Source: Pseudomonadota bacterium
GTDB lineage: Bacteria; Pseudomonadota; Alphaproteobacteria; UBA11222
Assembly: GCA_049323435.1 (NCBI GenBank)
Contig: JBMOMX010000020.1
Coordinates: forward strand, 53,665 to 117,664
Length of the DNA: 64,000 nt
Direction of reading: 5' to 3'
Shown piece after piece: positions 30,845 through 43,651 of this stretch (positions are counted from its first letter, which is position 1; every line of letters begins with the position of its first letter). Below the pieces are notes generated by a model. The model was not told the origin of the DNA. It did not search any database and was given only the letters and a program-made list of their open reading frames with translations. Made by a program: the position numbers and the translations under genes.

Positions 30845-33800
30845 CTAACCCACAAGCCGCAGATTGGGCTTTTCCCCCATCGCTTCCTTTTGCAGGTCCA
30901 GCAAGGCGCGGCGGTAATCATATGGCACGATCTTGACAAATTTGCCGCGATAGGCCGCCCAGTTGGCCAGAATATTCTGCGCCACGCTGCTCCCGGTGGC
31001 GCTGGCATGGGCTTGCAGCATCATCTGAATGCGCGCCGTGTCATGGCGCAGCGGGTCGGCCAGGATCGCGGCTTTATCCACTGTCTCACCGGCAGGGTCA
31101 TCAATGCCGGACAGTTCCACCAGCTGCGTGTTGCAACGCTGATCGAACAACCCGTCTTCATCCAGCACATAGGCGATGCCGCCGCTCATGCCGGCCGCAA
31201 AATTGCGCCCGGTCTGCCCGATAACCAGCACCACGCCGCCGGTCATATATTCACAGCAATGATCGCCCGCGCCTTCGACCACGGCATGCGCGCCGGAATT
31301 GCGCACGGCAAAGCGTTCGCCCGCCACGCCGCGGAAATAGCATTCACCGCTGATCGCGCCATACAGAACCGTATTGCCGACAATGATGCTGCGCTCCGGC
31401 ACGATTGCGCTTTCGCGTGCGGGGTAGACGATCAAACGCCCGCCCGACAGGCCCTTGCCGACATAGTCATTGGCCTGGCCCTCAAGCAACAGCGTCACGC
31501 CCTTTGCCGCAAATGCGCCAAAGCTTTGTCCCGCAGTGCCCTTCAGGTTGATCGTAATAGTGTCATCGGGCAAACCGGCATGGCCGTGCAGACCGGCAAT
31601 CCGGCCGGACAGCATCGCGCCGGTGGTGCGGTTCGTATTGTTAATGGGCAGTGTAATCGTGACGGGCGCGCCTTCAACCAGCGCGGGCGCGCACATCTCG
31701 ATCAGCTTGCGGTCCATCACATTTTCCAGATTGTGATTTTGCCGCTCGCAATGATGAATGGCTACGCCCGGCACGGCTGGCGGGTGGTGAAATAGCTTGG
31801 AAAAATCCAGCCCCTGCGCCTTCCAGTGCGTGATTGCCTTATCCTTGCGCAGCAGATCGCTGCGCCCGATCATTTCATTGAAGGTGCGGAAACCGAGGCT
31901 CGCCATCAGGGTACGGACTTCTTCCGCGACAAAGAAGAAATAATTGATCACATGCTCCGGCTGGCCGGTGAACCGCTTGCGCAGCTCCGGGTCCTGCGTC
32001 GCTACGCCGACGGGACAGGTGTTCAGATGGCATTTGCGCATCATGATACAGCCGCTGGCGATCAGCGGCGCGGTCGCAAAGCCAAATTCATCGGCACCCA
32101 AAAGCGCACCGATCACCACATCGCGCCCGGTGCGGATGCCGCCATCGACCTGCACGGCAATGCGCCCGCGCAAACGGTTCAGCACCAGTGTCTGATGGGT
32201 TTCCGCAAGGCCGATTTCCCACGGGCTGCCCGCATGTTTGAGCGAGGTCAGCGGGCTGGCGCCGGTGCCGCCCTCGAAACCGGAAATCGTCACATGATCT
32301 GCGCGCGCCTTGGAGACGCCCGCTGCAACCGTGCCGACGCCTACTTCCGACACCAGCTTGACGCTGACCAGCGCATCCGGATTAACGTTTTTCAGATCGT
32401 AAATAAGCTGCGCCAGATCTTCGATGGAATAGATGTCATGATGCGGCGGCGGTGAAATCAGACCCACGCCCGGCGTGGAATGGCGCACCTTGCCGATGAT
32501 TTTATCGACCTTATGGCCGGGCAATTGCCCGCCTTCGCCGGGCTTTGCGCCCTGCGCCATCTTGATCTGCATCATGTCGGAATTGACCAGATATTCAGTG
32601 GTCACGCCAAAGCGGCCGCTGGCTACCTGCTTGATCGCCGAGCGCATGCTGTCGCCATTGGGCAGCGGCACATAGCGGTCCGGCTCTTCGCCGCCTTCGC
32701 CGGTGTTGGAGCGCCCGCCGATACGGTTCATGGCGATAGCCAGATTGGTATGCGCCTCACGGCTGATCGAGCCATAAGACATGGCGCCGGTGGCAAAGCG
32801 TTTAACGATTGCCGCCGCCGGTTCGACTTCCTCTATCGGCACAGGTTGCGCCGCTAGCTGAATTTCAAACATCCCGCGCGGGGTCAGTAATTGCTCGTTC
32901 TGATCGTTGATCAGCCTTGCAAAGGAATCATAATCGGCCTGCACGCCGGCCCGTACGGCATGCTGTAAATGGCTGACGGTTTCCGGGGTCCAGGCGTGAT
33001 GTTCGCCCCTGATCCGGTAGGCATAATCGCCCCCCACATCCAGCGCATTGCGGTAAAGCGGGGCATCACTATAGGCCAGCGTGTGGCGCGCCACGGTTTC
33101 CTTGGCGATGACATTGATGCCGACGCCTTCAATGGCGGTGTTGGTGCGCGTGAAATATTTTTCCACAAATGCGGTGGAAAGGCCGACCGCATCAAATATC
33201 TGCGCGCCGCAATAGGACTGATAGGTCGAAATGCCCATCTTGGACATGACTTTGAGAATGCCCTTGCAGATTGCCTTGATATAATAGCTATGGGCTTTCT
33301 TTTCTGCCTCGCCGTCAAATCCGATACCCTGCATTTCCGAAATAGTCTGCAAGGCCAGATAGGGATTGATGGCCTGCGCACCATAGCCCGCCAGGGTGCA
33401 GAAGTGATGCACTTCGCGCGGTTCGCCCGATTCCACTACAATGCCGACCGAGGTACGCAGCCCTGCGCGGATCAGATGATGATGTACTGCCGCGCAGGCC
33501 AGAAGGGCCGGGATCGGAATATTGTCCTGATCCACCTTGCGGTCCGACAGGATGATGATATTTTCGCCCCGCAAAACGGCGGCTTCCGCATTGGCGCAAA
33601 GCCGGTTCAGCGCAGGACCCATGCCTTCAGCCCCGGTGCTGGCCGCAAAGGTGGTGTCCAGCGTGGCCGAACGGAAATCATTTTCCTCCACATCGCCAAT
33701 GTGCCGGATTTTCTCCAGATCCTCATTGGTCAGGATGGGATGGCGCACTTCCAGCCGGCGATGCGTTCCGCCGGAATCCAGGTCCAGCAGATTGGGTAAT

Positions 33801-35464
33801 GGCCCGATCATCGACACCAGCGACATCACCAGTTCCTCGCGGATCGGGTCAATCGGCGGATTGGTAACCTGGGCGAATAATTGCTTGAAATAGGTATAAA
33901 GCAGCTTGGGCTTCGACGATAATGGCGATATCGGCGTGTCGGTGCCCATCGAACCAACGGCTTCCTCGCCTGTCTCCGCCATGGGCGACATCAGGAATTT
34001 CAGATCTTCCTGGGTATAACCGAATACCTGTTGGCGGTTCAGCAGCGTGTCGCGGTTGGGCCGCATGGCGGCATATTCCGCCGGCAGGTCTTCCAGACGG
34101 CACTGGGTTTGATCCAGCCAGTCCTGATAGGGATGCCGGCTGGCCAGCGTTTCCTTGATTTCCGCATCGGAAATAATCCGGCCCTGTTCCAGATCAATCA
34201 GCAGCATCTTGCCGGGTTGCAAACGCCATTTTTCAATAATGTCTTCTTCGGGAACCGGCAGCACGCCCATTTCCGACGCCATCACCACCAGATCATCTTT
34301 GGTGACGAAATAGCGCGCGGGCCGCAAACCGTTACGGTCCAGCGTTGCGCCGATCTGGCGGCCATCGGTAAAGGCCATCGCGGCAGGGCCGTCCCACGGC
34401 TCCATCAGGGCGGCGTGATATTCATAAAAGGCGCGGCGCTTGTCATCCATCAGAGGGTTGCCGGCCCAGGCTTCGGGGATCAGCATCATCATGGCATGCG
34501 CCAGCGAATAGCCGCCAGCCACCAGCAGTTCCAGCGCATTGTCGAAACATGCGCTATCGGACTGGTTTTCCGGGATCAGCGGCCACAGCTTGTCCAGATC
34601 ATCGCCCAGCAGCGTGGAACGCATGGTGTGACGGCGCGCCGCCATCCAGTTGATATTGCCGCGCAGCGTGTTGATTTCGCCATTATGGCAGACCATGCGG
34701 AAGGGCTGCGACAGTGACCAGGTCGGGAATGTATTGGTCGAGAAACGCTGATGGATCAGCGCCATGCCCGAAACCATGCGTTCATCACGCAGATCCAGGT
34801 AATATTCCCCCACCTGTTCGGCCAGCAGCATGCCCTTATAGAGCAAAGTGCGGCTGGAAAATGACGGCACATAGAAATAACGCGCCAGATTGCCGCCCAA
34901 CTCATCGGCCGCAATGCGGCACTGCTTGCGGATAACCATCAGCTTGCGCTCAAACGCATCCTGATCAGCGCAATTCCCGCCGCGCCCGATAAATATCTGG
35001 CAGCTTTTGGGTTCCGTCGGCTTGACGGATTCGCCAAGACCGGCATTGTTGACCGGCACATCGCGCCAGCCCAGCACCAGTTGCCCCTCAGCCAGAATGC
35101 ATTTCTCGATCAGCGCCTTGCTGGCCGCAAGCTCCGCCGGACTGGGCGACAGGAACATGAAACCCACGGCATATTCACCCTCGGCCGGCAGGGTAACGCC
35201 CAGTGCAGCAGCTTCTGCGCGCATGAAAGCATCCGGCATCTGGATCAGAATGCCCGCGCCATCACCCGCCAGCGGGTCCGCCCCGACAGCGCCGCGATGG
35301 GTCAGATTGCGCAGGATTTCCAGGCCCTGACTGATGATTTTGTGGCTTTTCTTGTTCTTGATATTGGCCACAAAGCCAATGCCACAGGCATCATGCTCAT
35401 TGCGGGGATCATACATCCCCTGCGCTTCCGGCAACCCAATCAGCTGCGATGGTGTCTTGTTCAT
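30845..35464 (-). CDS. gltB: Glutamate synthase large subunit
   Basis: [45 protein letters not shown] domain. Confidence 0.98.
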   Translation of the reverse strand: MNKTPSQLIGLPEAQGMYDPRNEHDACGIGFVANIKNKKSHKIISQGLEILRNLTHRGAVGADPLAGDGAGILIQMPDAFMRAEAAALGVTLPAEGEYAVGFMFLSPSPAELAASKALIEKCILAEGQLVLGWRDVPVNNAGLGESVKPTEPKSCQIFIGRGGNCADQDAFERKLMVIRKQCRIAADELGGNLARYFYVPSFSSRTLLYKGMLLAEQVGEYYLDLRDERMVSGMALIHQRFSTNTFPTWSLSQPFRMVCHNGEINTLRGNINWMAARRHTMRSTLLGDDLDKLWPLIPENQSDSACFDNALELLVAGGYSLAHAMMMLIPEAWAGNPLMDDKRRAFYEYHAALMEPWDGPAAMAFTDGRQIGATLDRNGLRPARYFVTKDDLVVMASEMGVLPVPEEDIIEKWRLQPGKMLLIDLEQGRIISDAEIKETLASRHPYQDWLDQTQCRLEDLPAEYAAMRPNRDTLLNRQQVFGYTQEDLKFLMSPMAETGEEAVGSMGTDTPISPLSSKPKLLYTYFKQLFAQVTNPPIDPIREELVMSLVSMIGPLPNLLDLDSGGTHRRLEVRHPILTNEDLEKIRHIGDVEENDFRSATLDTTFAASTGAEGMGPALNRLCANAEAAVLRGENIIILSDRKVDQDNIPIPALLACAAVHHHLIRAGLRTSVGIVVESGEPREVHHFCTLAGYGAQAINPYLALQTISEMQGIGFDGEAEKKAHSYYIKAICKGILKVMSKMGISTYQSYCGAQIFDAVGLSTAFVEKYFTRTNTAIEGVGINVIAKETVARHTLAYSDAPLYRNALDVGGDYAYRIRGEHHAWTPETVSHLQHAVRAGVQADYDSFARLINDQNEQLLTPRGMFEIQLAAQPVPIEEVEPAAAIVKRFATGAMSYGSISREAHTNLAIAMNRIGGRSNTGEGGEEPDRYVPLPNGDSMRSAIKQVASGRFGVTTEYLVNSDMMQIKMAQGAKPGEGGQLPGHKVDKIIGKVRHSTPGVGLISPPPHHDIYSIEDLAQLIYDLKNVNPDALVSVKLVSEVGVGTVAAGVSKARADHVTISGFEGGTGASPLTSLKHAGSPWEIGLAETHQTLVLNRLRGRIAVQVDGGIRTGRDVVIGALLGADEFGFATAPLIASGCIMMRKCHLNTCPVGVATQDPELRKRFTGQPEHVINYFFFVAEEVRTLMASLGFRTFNEMIGRSDLLRKDKAITHWKAQGLDFSKLFHHPPAVPGVAIHHCERQNHNLENVMDRKLIEMCAPALVEGAPVTITLPINNTNRTTGAMLSGRIAGLHGHAGLPDDTITINLKGTAGQSFGAFAAKGVTLLLEGQANDYVGKGLSGGRLIVYPARESAIVPERSIIVGNTVLYGAISGECYFRGVAGERFAVRNSGAHAVVEGAGDHCCEYMTGGVVLVIGQTGRNFAAGMSGGIAYVLDEDGLFDQRCNTQLVELSGIDDPAGETVDKAAILADPLRHDTARIQMMLQAHASATGSSVAQNILANWAAYRGKFVKIVPYDYRRALLDLQKEAMGEKPNLRLVG

Positions 35465-35748
35465 ACAACGCCTATTCAATTCAATGCTTTTCCCGCCACT
35501 ACACTAACCGGCATGCAGGGCGGGGGAAACTAGCGTAACCCACAATCCCAGGCAATCAATAGTCCAATTCGGTGACAGTTTTTCGCAGCCCGCACTGGGC
35601 TGGCGGCTAAATCGGCTAAATTCAGCCATTCATTCTAACAAATTATGTCAGCAATACCTACCTTTTTTTCAAAAGCCGCATCAGATTATGGTGCACGCGC
35701 CCGCTTTACGGGTAGACTGGGAAAAACACCGCAGGGAAGGGCGCGCGC

Positions 35749-36540
35749 ATGGATGAGAAAACCTATTACCGCGATCACTGGGTTGAGGTGGAGCCGGAAC
35801 GGCTAAACGCCTATACGGAAATGTTCAAATGGCGGCCGGAAATGGCGCCGCTACTGGCCGCAGCCGATCTGAAACCCGGCCAGACCGTGGTCGATTATGG
35901 CTGCGGCCCCGGCGGATTGGCGCTGGAACTGGCGCGCCGCGCCGGACCCTCCGGCCATGTGCATGGGGTTGATCTGAACCGGGAATTCGTCGAGCTGGCG
36001 CGCAAGGCCCTGGCCGAGGCAGGCTTTGGCGCGTCCAGCACGGTGCATCATGCAATGGACGACAAAATTCCGCTGCCGGATGCGTCGGTAGACCGGCTGA
36101 TCTGCAAGAATGTCATGGAATATGTGCCGGACATCGACGCCACATTGCGGGAATTTCGCCGGGTGGTGAAGCCGGGCGGCATCGCGCATATTATCGACAG
36201 CGACTGGGGCATGCTGGTGGTGGAGCCGCTGGGGCAGGCTAAACTGAGCGCGCTGTTCGAGGCAGCCAAGCTGGCCTATCACACGCCGCATGCCGGACGC
36301 CTGCTGTATGGCGGCATGAAAAAGGCCGGGTTCGCCAATGTATCTGTGCAAATCCTGGCCAATGCCGACACCAAGGGGCATATGCAACTGGTGCTGCATA
36401 ATATGGTGAACTATGCCAAGATTGGCGGCAGGATTGACCCCCAACGCGCCGATGCGATGCTGGCCGAGGTCAAACAGTCGATTGCTGACGGCGCCTATAT
36501 GATGGTGCTGCCGCAGTTTCTGGTTACTGCACAGGGCTAA
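35749..36540 (+). CDS. Class I SAM-dependent methyltransferase
   Basis: VDYGCGPG, GVDLN, RVVKPGG. Confidence 0.88.
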   Translation: MDEKTYYRDHWVEVEPERLNAYTEMFKWRPEMAPLLAAADLKPGQTVVDYGCGPGGLALELARRAGPSGHVHGVDLNREFVELARKALAEAGFGASSTVHHAMDDKIPLPDASVDRLICKNVMEYVPDIDATLREFRRVVKPGGIAHIIDSDWGMLVVEPLGQAKLSALFEAAKLAYHTPHAGRLLYGGMKKAGFANVSVQILANADTKGHMQLVLHNMVNYAKIGGRIDPQRADAMLAEVKQSIADGAYMMVLPQFLVTAQG

Positions 36541-36565
36541 CCCAAACAATAAAAAGGGAACCACG

Positions 36566-36985
36566 ATGACTACCGCAAAAGTAAGCGTAGAGGTGAAGGC
36601 AAGCGCCGATCAGGTATTTGCCAGACTGGGAGATTTTGCTGGTGTGGAAGGGCCGATGATCAAGTCCAAGAAAATTACCGGTTCCGGCATCGGCTGCTTG
36701 CGCGATCTGACGCTGGCAAATGGCGCGCGGGTGATTGAGCGGTGCGAAAACCATGACGCCAACAGCCGGACACTGACCTACAGCATCCAGAATGACGATC
36801 ATCCGCTGCCGTTCAGCGCCTATGTCGCCACCCTGATCGTGACACCCACCGGTGACAAAACGTGCCGGGTTGACTGGTTCAGCAATTTTAACGCCAAGGG
36901 CGCGCCGGAAGATGAAGCCATCAAGGTGGCGCAGGGCATCTATACCGGCGCGATCAAGGGCGTCCAGATCGCACTGGGCGTTTAA
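36566..36985 (+). CDS. SRPBCC (polyketide cyclase-like) family protein
   Basis: ASADQVF, GIGCLRDL, LTYSI, C-terminal helix. Confidence 0.85.
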   Translation: MTTAKVSVEVKASADQVFARLGDFAGVEGPMIKSKKITGSGIGCLRDLTLANGARVIERCENHDANSRTLTYSIQNDDHPLPFSAYVATLIVTPTGDKTCRVDWFSNFNAKGAPEDEAIKVAQGIYTGAIKGVQIALGV

Positions 36986-37075
36986 GACACAGTTCCGGAG
37001 GCAGGCCACGCGCCTGCTTCCATTGCGATGCCGGCATTCACACTGGCTATATTGATATAAACCATATTGATGTAG

Positions 37076-39175
<2,100 letters not shown>

Positions 39176-39192
39176 GCCGTCCGCTAACTGTC

Positions 39193-39771
39193 CTAATCTG
39201 GATTGCTGGGAAAAATACTATCGGGTAATTCGCTTGCGTCAATGATGGCGGCATAGCCGCTGCCCAGATCAATAAAGCTTTCATCGACGGCTTTCAGGCC
39301 ATCAAGTGTCGTGGCATGTTGCGCGCTTTCATCCTGGCCGGGCGTATAATAGATAGCGCCATATACCTGCCTGAATCCGCCTGCGGTGTTTTCGACAGGC
39401 AGAATCAGGTTTTCCGTGCGTTTCATCTGGCCATCCATCGACAGCACCTGTGTATGGGTGCAGGCCGCATAGCCAAATTCAAAAATCAAACGCACCCGCG
39501 CGCGTAATCTTTCCCGGAAAACTGGCTCGGACACATCGAGAAAATTTATACCTCGGGGATCTATGCCGCCAAAACGCGCCCGCAAGGCTTCGCCCGCCTG
39601 TTTGATGATAAAGCGGTTTTCCGCTTCAATTTCCAGGACAAACAAATTTGACGCAAACGGCGCCAGCAGATCCATGCGAATATCATCCTGATCGGGCAGC
39701 CGCTTGCCGCCCCGGAAATTTTTCCAGTGCTTCAGCAATTGCCGTGTTTCTACACGTTCCGGCCCAGCCAT
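39193..39771 (-). CDS. PAS_5 (DUF1457)-like protein
   Basis: W..RGG.RLP...I, LFVLE, AGE.L, ENLILP pattern. Confidence 0.7.
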   Translation of the reverse strand: MAGPERVETRQLLKHWKNFRGGKRLPDQDDIRMDLLAPFASNLFVLEIEAENRFIIKQAGEALRARFGGIDPRGINFLDVSEPVFRERLRARVRLIFEFGYAACTHTQVLSMDGQMKRTENLILPVENTAGGFRQVYGAIYYTPGQDESAQHATTLDGLKAVDESFIDLGSGYAAIIDASELPDSIFPSNPD

Positions 39772-39782
39772 GTATCACCAGT

Positions 39783-40310
39783 TTAAGTGGCGTCGAAAAT
39801 TTCCGTAAAAGCATCCACTAGCACGGCCTTCGCTTCGCCGCCAAACGCTATGAACAGGATGCGGTGCAATGCGCCGCCTGCTTCAAGATAGGCTCTGGTC
39901 TGTGTTGCGGCGATGCGCGCGGCGCGCGCCGGTGGAAACCCATAAATGCCGGTGCTGATGGCGGGAAACGCGATGGAGGCAAGGCCGTGATGATCCGCCA
40001 GCGCATAACAGGCGCGGTAACAACTGGCGAGCAGGGCGTCCTCGTTGGCGCTGCCGCCCTGCCAGACCGGGCCGACGGCATGAAACACATATTTCGCGGG
40101 CAAGTTATAGGCTTTGGTGGCGGCCGCCTGTCCTGTGGCGCATCCCCCCAGGCTTTGGCATTCGGCCAGCAATTGCGGCCCTGCGGCGCGCTGAATGGCG
40201 CCATTGACGCCGCTGCCGTCGCTCAGACGTTCATTGGCGGCATTGACGATGGCGTCAACCGGGCATTGGGTGATATCGCCTGCAATGATTTCAATGCGCG
40301 GGTTGATCAT
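39783..40310 (-). CDS. Macro-domain O-acetyl-ADP-ribose deacetylase (YmdB-like)
   Basis: GDIT, DAIVNAAN, GVNGAI, HAVGP, AFPAISTGIYGFP. Confidence 0.92.
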   Translation of the reverse strand: MINPRIEIIAGDITQCPVDAIVNAANERLSDGSGVNGAIQRAAGPQLLAECQSLGGCATGQAAATKAYNLPAKYVFHAVGPVWQGGSANEDALLASCYRACYALADHHGLASIAFPAISTGIYGFPPARAARIAATQTRAYLEAGGALHRILFIAFGGEAKAVLVDAFTEIFDAT

Positions 40311-41628
40311 GGCGCTTTTCTCGCATCAGCCACCATAAGAACACCAGTCCGGGAACCGCCGCAAGCGTGCTCAGCATAAAAAAGACGGGCCAGCCATGCG
40401 CCTCCACCACATAACCCGTCACCGAAGACAGCACAGTGCGCCCCACCGCGGCCAGCGATGTCAGCAGCGCAAACTGCGTCGCCGTATAGGCGCGTTCCTG
40501 ACACAGCGCGCCAAGATAGGCGACAAACACCACCGTGCCGAAACCGCCGGTGAAATTTTCAACGCCGATGGTGGCGATCAGCAGATTAAGATCAGGCCCG
40601 GCATTTGCCAGCCAGACAAACATGGCGTTCGACGCCATCTGCGTGACGCCGCCAACCCATAATGCGGTGACGGTGCCCAGGCTGCGCGCCGCCATGCCCC
40701 CGGCAAATCCGCCCGCCAGCACCGCAAAAAAACCGATGCCCTTCACCACCCGGCCATAGGTTGTCATCTCAAAACCAAGATCCAGCACAAACGGCGCCGT
40801 CATAACTCCCGCTGCCGCATCGCCCAGTTTGAACAGCAGCACAAACAGCAGAATATAATACCAGCCCTGCCGCTGCGAAAATTCGGTAAACGGACGCAAC
40901 GCCGTTTGCCACAAACTTGTGAGGCCCGCCTCTGGCATGACCGGGCCATCCGGTTCACGCGACATCAGCACGGCAGCCATCCCCGCCAGCAGCAGCATGG
41001 CGAGCGCAATATACACCATCGCCCAGCCATCCGGCCCCGTCACGCCCATGCCGCCCAACAGGGCATACATCTCGATCGCGCCCGCCGTGGAAACCAGCAG
41101 CGCCACCCGGTAGGCGGCGACAAAATTAGCCATCCCCGCCGCCTGCTTGTCCACCTCCAGACTTTCCACCCGGAAGGCGTCGATAACAATATCCTGTGTC
41201 GCCGAAAAAAACGACACCAGCAGGGCAAGGCCCGCCAGCAGCAGCGGCATTTTCAGCGGGTCGGCCTGGCCCATGGCGATAACCGCCGCCATCAGCGCCG
41301 CCTGCGACGCCAGCAGCCAGGCGCGCCGCCGCCCAAACCGGCGCGACAGAAAGGGGATGGGCAGCGCATCCACCAGCGGCGCCCACAAAAATTTCAGCAC
41401 ATAGGGAATACCCACCAGCGCATACAGGCCAATGGCGGACAGCGATACGCCCGCGTCTTTCATCCATACCTGCAAGGTCGCGCCAGTCAGCGCCAGCGGC
41501 AGCCCGGAGGAAAAGCCAAGCAGCAGCATCGCTGCAACACGCGGTTCGAAATAAACCCTCAACCCGCTAAAGCGGCCAGCGTCAGAGGATATGGAACCAG
41601 ATACAGGATCAGGCCGCGCAAGCGTCAT
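40291..41628 (-). CDS. ampG: Muropeptide MFS permease
   Basis: LGFSSGLPL, KFLWAPLVD, GRRRAW, SATQDIVIDAFR, TATQFALL. Confidence 0.93.
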   Translation of the reverse strand: MTLARPDPVSGSISSDAGRFSGLRVYFEPRVAAMLLLGFSSGLPLALTGATLQVWMKDAGVSLSAIGLYALVGIPYVLKFLWAPLVDALPIPFLSRRFGRRRAWLLASQAALMAAVIAMGQADPLKMPLLLAGLALLVSFFSATQDIVIDAFRVESLEVDKQAAGMANFVAAYRVALLVSTAGAIEMYALLGGMGVTGPDGWAMVYIALAMLLLAGMAAVLMSREPDGPVMPEAGLTSLWQTALRPFTEFSQRQGWYYILLFVLLFKLGDAAAGVMTAPFVLDLGFEMTTYGRVVKGIGFFAVLAGGFAGGMAARSLGTVTALWVGGVTQMASNAMFVWLANAGPDLNLLIATIGVENFTGGFGTVVFVAYLGALCQERAYTATQFALLTSLAAVGRTVLSSVTGYVVEAHGWPVFFMLSTLAAVPGLVFLWWLMREKRHDQPAH

Positions 41629-41804
41629 GCGTCAGCACACAGCGCGCGGGCAACAAACAAAAAGTCAGAAAGCGCAGGCAATACATGCCTCCTATGCGGT
41701 TGAATGCAGCCCACTATAAATTCCATCCCTTTCAAATCAATATAATAAGGGCCGCTCCGGCCCCCGCCGCCATTTTATGCGGCTTGACGCATTAACCCTG
41801 ACGC

Positions 41805-41883
41805 AAAAAAAATCCCCGTAGATGAAATATCATTACGGGGAAGGGTTGGGGGGGTATGAACCTCACGCAAAGATGCGCAAAGC
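41805..41883 (-). ncRNA. Predicted ~80-nt small RNA (5' hairpin, C-rich linker, intrinsic terminator)
   Basis: CUUUGCGCA-UCUU-UGCGUGAGG hairpin, CCCCCCCAACCC linker, UCCCCGUA...UACGGGGA + U8; -10 TAATTT and FNR-type box upstream. Confidence 0.55.
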
Positions 41884-41917
41884 CAGCTGAAATTAGGCCA
41901 CTTCGCCGCCAGCGGAT

Positions 41918-41931
41918 ATGATCTTAGTCAA
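41918..41931. promoter_or_regulatory. FNR/Crp-type box (minus TTGAC-TAAG-ATCAT)
   Basis: 8/10 match to TTGAT-N4-ATCAA; centred at -41.5 relative to a minus-strand -10 TAATTT (41890-41895). Confidence 0.55.
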
Positions 41932-42016
41932 ATCCATCAAATAAAAGTTGACTGATTTTACAGGGGCCGTAGAGTCAGCCCGCTGCATATGGAAGTTTGC
42001 AGTTGGGGGCTATGTT

Positions 42017-42772
42017 ATGACTATCTCACTGGATACACTCAGGGCGCTCCCTTTGTTTTCGGACATCAGCAAGGCTGAGGGCGCCATGCTTGCCGGTAAC
42101 AGCCGGATCGTCACCTGCAAACGGGGGCAATTCCTGTTTATGCATGCCGATCCCATCACGCATTTTTTTGTGATTTGCCGGGGCGCCATGCAGGTCTTCC
42201 GCGAGACGCCGGACGGGCATGAGGTCACCAACGATATTCTGATTGCCGGGGACTCGCTCAATACGGAAGAAGTGGTTGCAAAACAAAATATTCACTTGAT
42301 GAATGCGCGCGCCATTGAGGATTCTTCGCTATTGGAAGTTCCGGTGGCCTGGATGCGTGCGCATCTCAAGGATTTTGACAATTTGGCGGAAAAGCTGCTG
42401 GCCAGCCTCTCTGACCGTTTGCAGGGCGCACAGATCGAGGCCGAACAGATGTCGACCATGTCTGCCGCCCAGATGGTGGCATGCTATCTGAAGAAATTAT
42501 GTGTTCTGTATAATTTTGATCCGCACGGGTTCAAGCTGCCCTATACCAAAACACTGATCGCCTCGCGCCTGCGTATCGAAAAAGAAACTTTTTCGCGCAC
42601 ATTGCAATCCCTGCGGGATCACGGCATCACGGTGTCCGGCACCGATGTCTGTATCCACGACATGCGCAAGGCCGATGATTTTGCATGCAGCGAATGTTCA
42701 GTCGCCGAAGAATGCGGAACCCATCGCGTGCTGCATGAGAAAATGGACAGACTGGCCGCCAAGGGAACCTGA
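42017..42772 (+). CDS. Crp/Fnr family regulator with C-terminal CxxCx5CxxH; paralog of 3331-4086
   Basis: Same 251-aa length, about 71% identity by hand count; EKETFSR helix. Confidence 0.9.
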   Translation: MTISLDTLRALPLFSDISKAEGAMLAGNSRIVTCKRGQFLFMHADPITHFFVICRGAMQVFRETPDGHEVTNDILIAGDSLNTEEVVAKQNIHLMNARAIEDSSLLEVPVAWMRAHLKDFDNLAEKLLASLSDRLQGAQIEAEQMSTMSAAQMVACYLKKLCVLYNFDPHGFKLPYTKTLIASRLRIEKETFSRTLQSLRDHGITVSGTDVCIHDMRKADDFACSECSVAEECGTHRVLHEKMDRLAAKGT

Positions 42773-42800
42773 TTACTGCCTGATTATCCAGGATAGGCGG

Positions 42801-43427
42801 CTACTTCCAACAGATCACATCCGGGGGCTTGCGGGTTTGGGGCATTGCCGCTTCAGCTGGATGGCCGATTAGAATCGGCGCATAGGCTGTCAGTTCCATG
42901 GGAATATCAAGCAGCCTTTTCCATTCGGGCGAATTCAGCGCGGGCACGGCCAGCCCGATCACGCAGCTTCCCAATCCTGCCGTGCAGGCGGCAAGCATCA
43001 GATTTTCCGCCGCAAGCCAGCAATCTGCGGCCACAAACGGTCCCGAAGCTTTGCCATATAGAATGATCAGCGTGCTTGAATTGTAGAAGACATGATAGTC
43101 CGGATCGCTGATCAGGCTTACGGTACGCCGCGCCGCGCCATCGGCATCTTCGCCCTGCGCCTGAAGCCAAAGGGTCTGCTTGGCGGTTTCAGACAGGCGG
43201 TCGAGTAATTTTCGATCCTGTATCACGGCGAAAACCCAGGGCTCGGCGTGGTTGGCCGTGGGGGCCTGAACCGCCGCATAAAGCAGCATGTGTATACTGG
43301 CGGTGCTAACAGGCTGCGCCGTGAAATTGCGCACCGAACGGCGCGCGTAAATCGCGTCCATGACACTCATCGGTCTATCCGGCAGAGGTGCGGCGGCCGG
43401 TTTATTGATCATTTCGCGCATATTCAT
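42801..43427 (-). CDS. Nitroreductase family protein
   Basis: IYARRSVRNF, APTANHAEPW, AAENLMLAA..GLGSC, ILIGHP. Confidence 0.92.
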   Translation of the reverse strand: MNMREMINKPAAAPLPDRPMSVMDAIYARRSVRNFTAQPVSTASIHMLLYAAVQAPTANHAEPWVFAVIQDRKLLDRLSETAKQTLWLQAQGEDADGAARRTVSLISDPDYHVFYNSSTLIILYGKASGPFVAADCWLAAENLMLAACTAGLGSCVIGLAVPALNSPEWKRLLDIPMELTAYAPILIGHPAEAAMPQTRKPPDVICWK

Positions 43428-43534
43428 TTTGCCGAGATCATTCGTCTATCCCTACCCACAGGCCTCAGGTGCGGCTGCATGCGCAGCGGATTTCTTGACC
43501 TGATGCAGGCTAGCGATCCGTTCAAACCATGACA

Positions 43535-43548
43535 TTGACCAAAATCAA
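43535..43548. promoter_or_regulatory. FNR-type box TTGAC-CAAA-ATCAA
   Basis: 9/10 consensus; centred at -41.5 relative to a minus-strand -10 TAGCCT (43507-43512) upstream of the nitroreductase. Confidence 0.7.
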
Positions 43549-43651
43549 CAGCCCTCCTTATGTCCAGGCGCCGTGGCGCCTGATTGCGCCGCCGCGCAGA
43601 TAATGGCAAGCTATATTAATTACAGGCATTTTAACGGAAAGGTCCGGCGCC

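Noticed and set aside
30026-31795. 589-aa plus-strand ORF
   Set aside because: Antisense shadow of gltB/gltD
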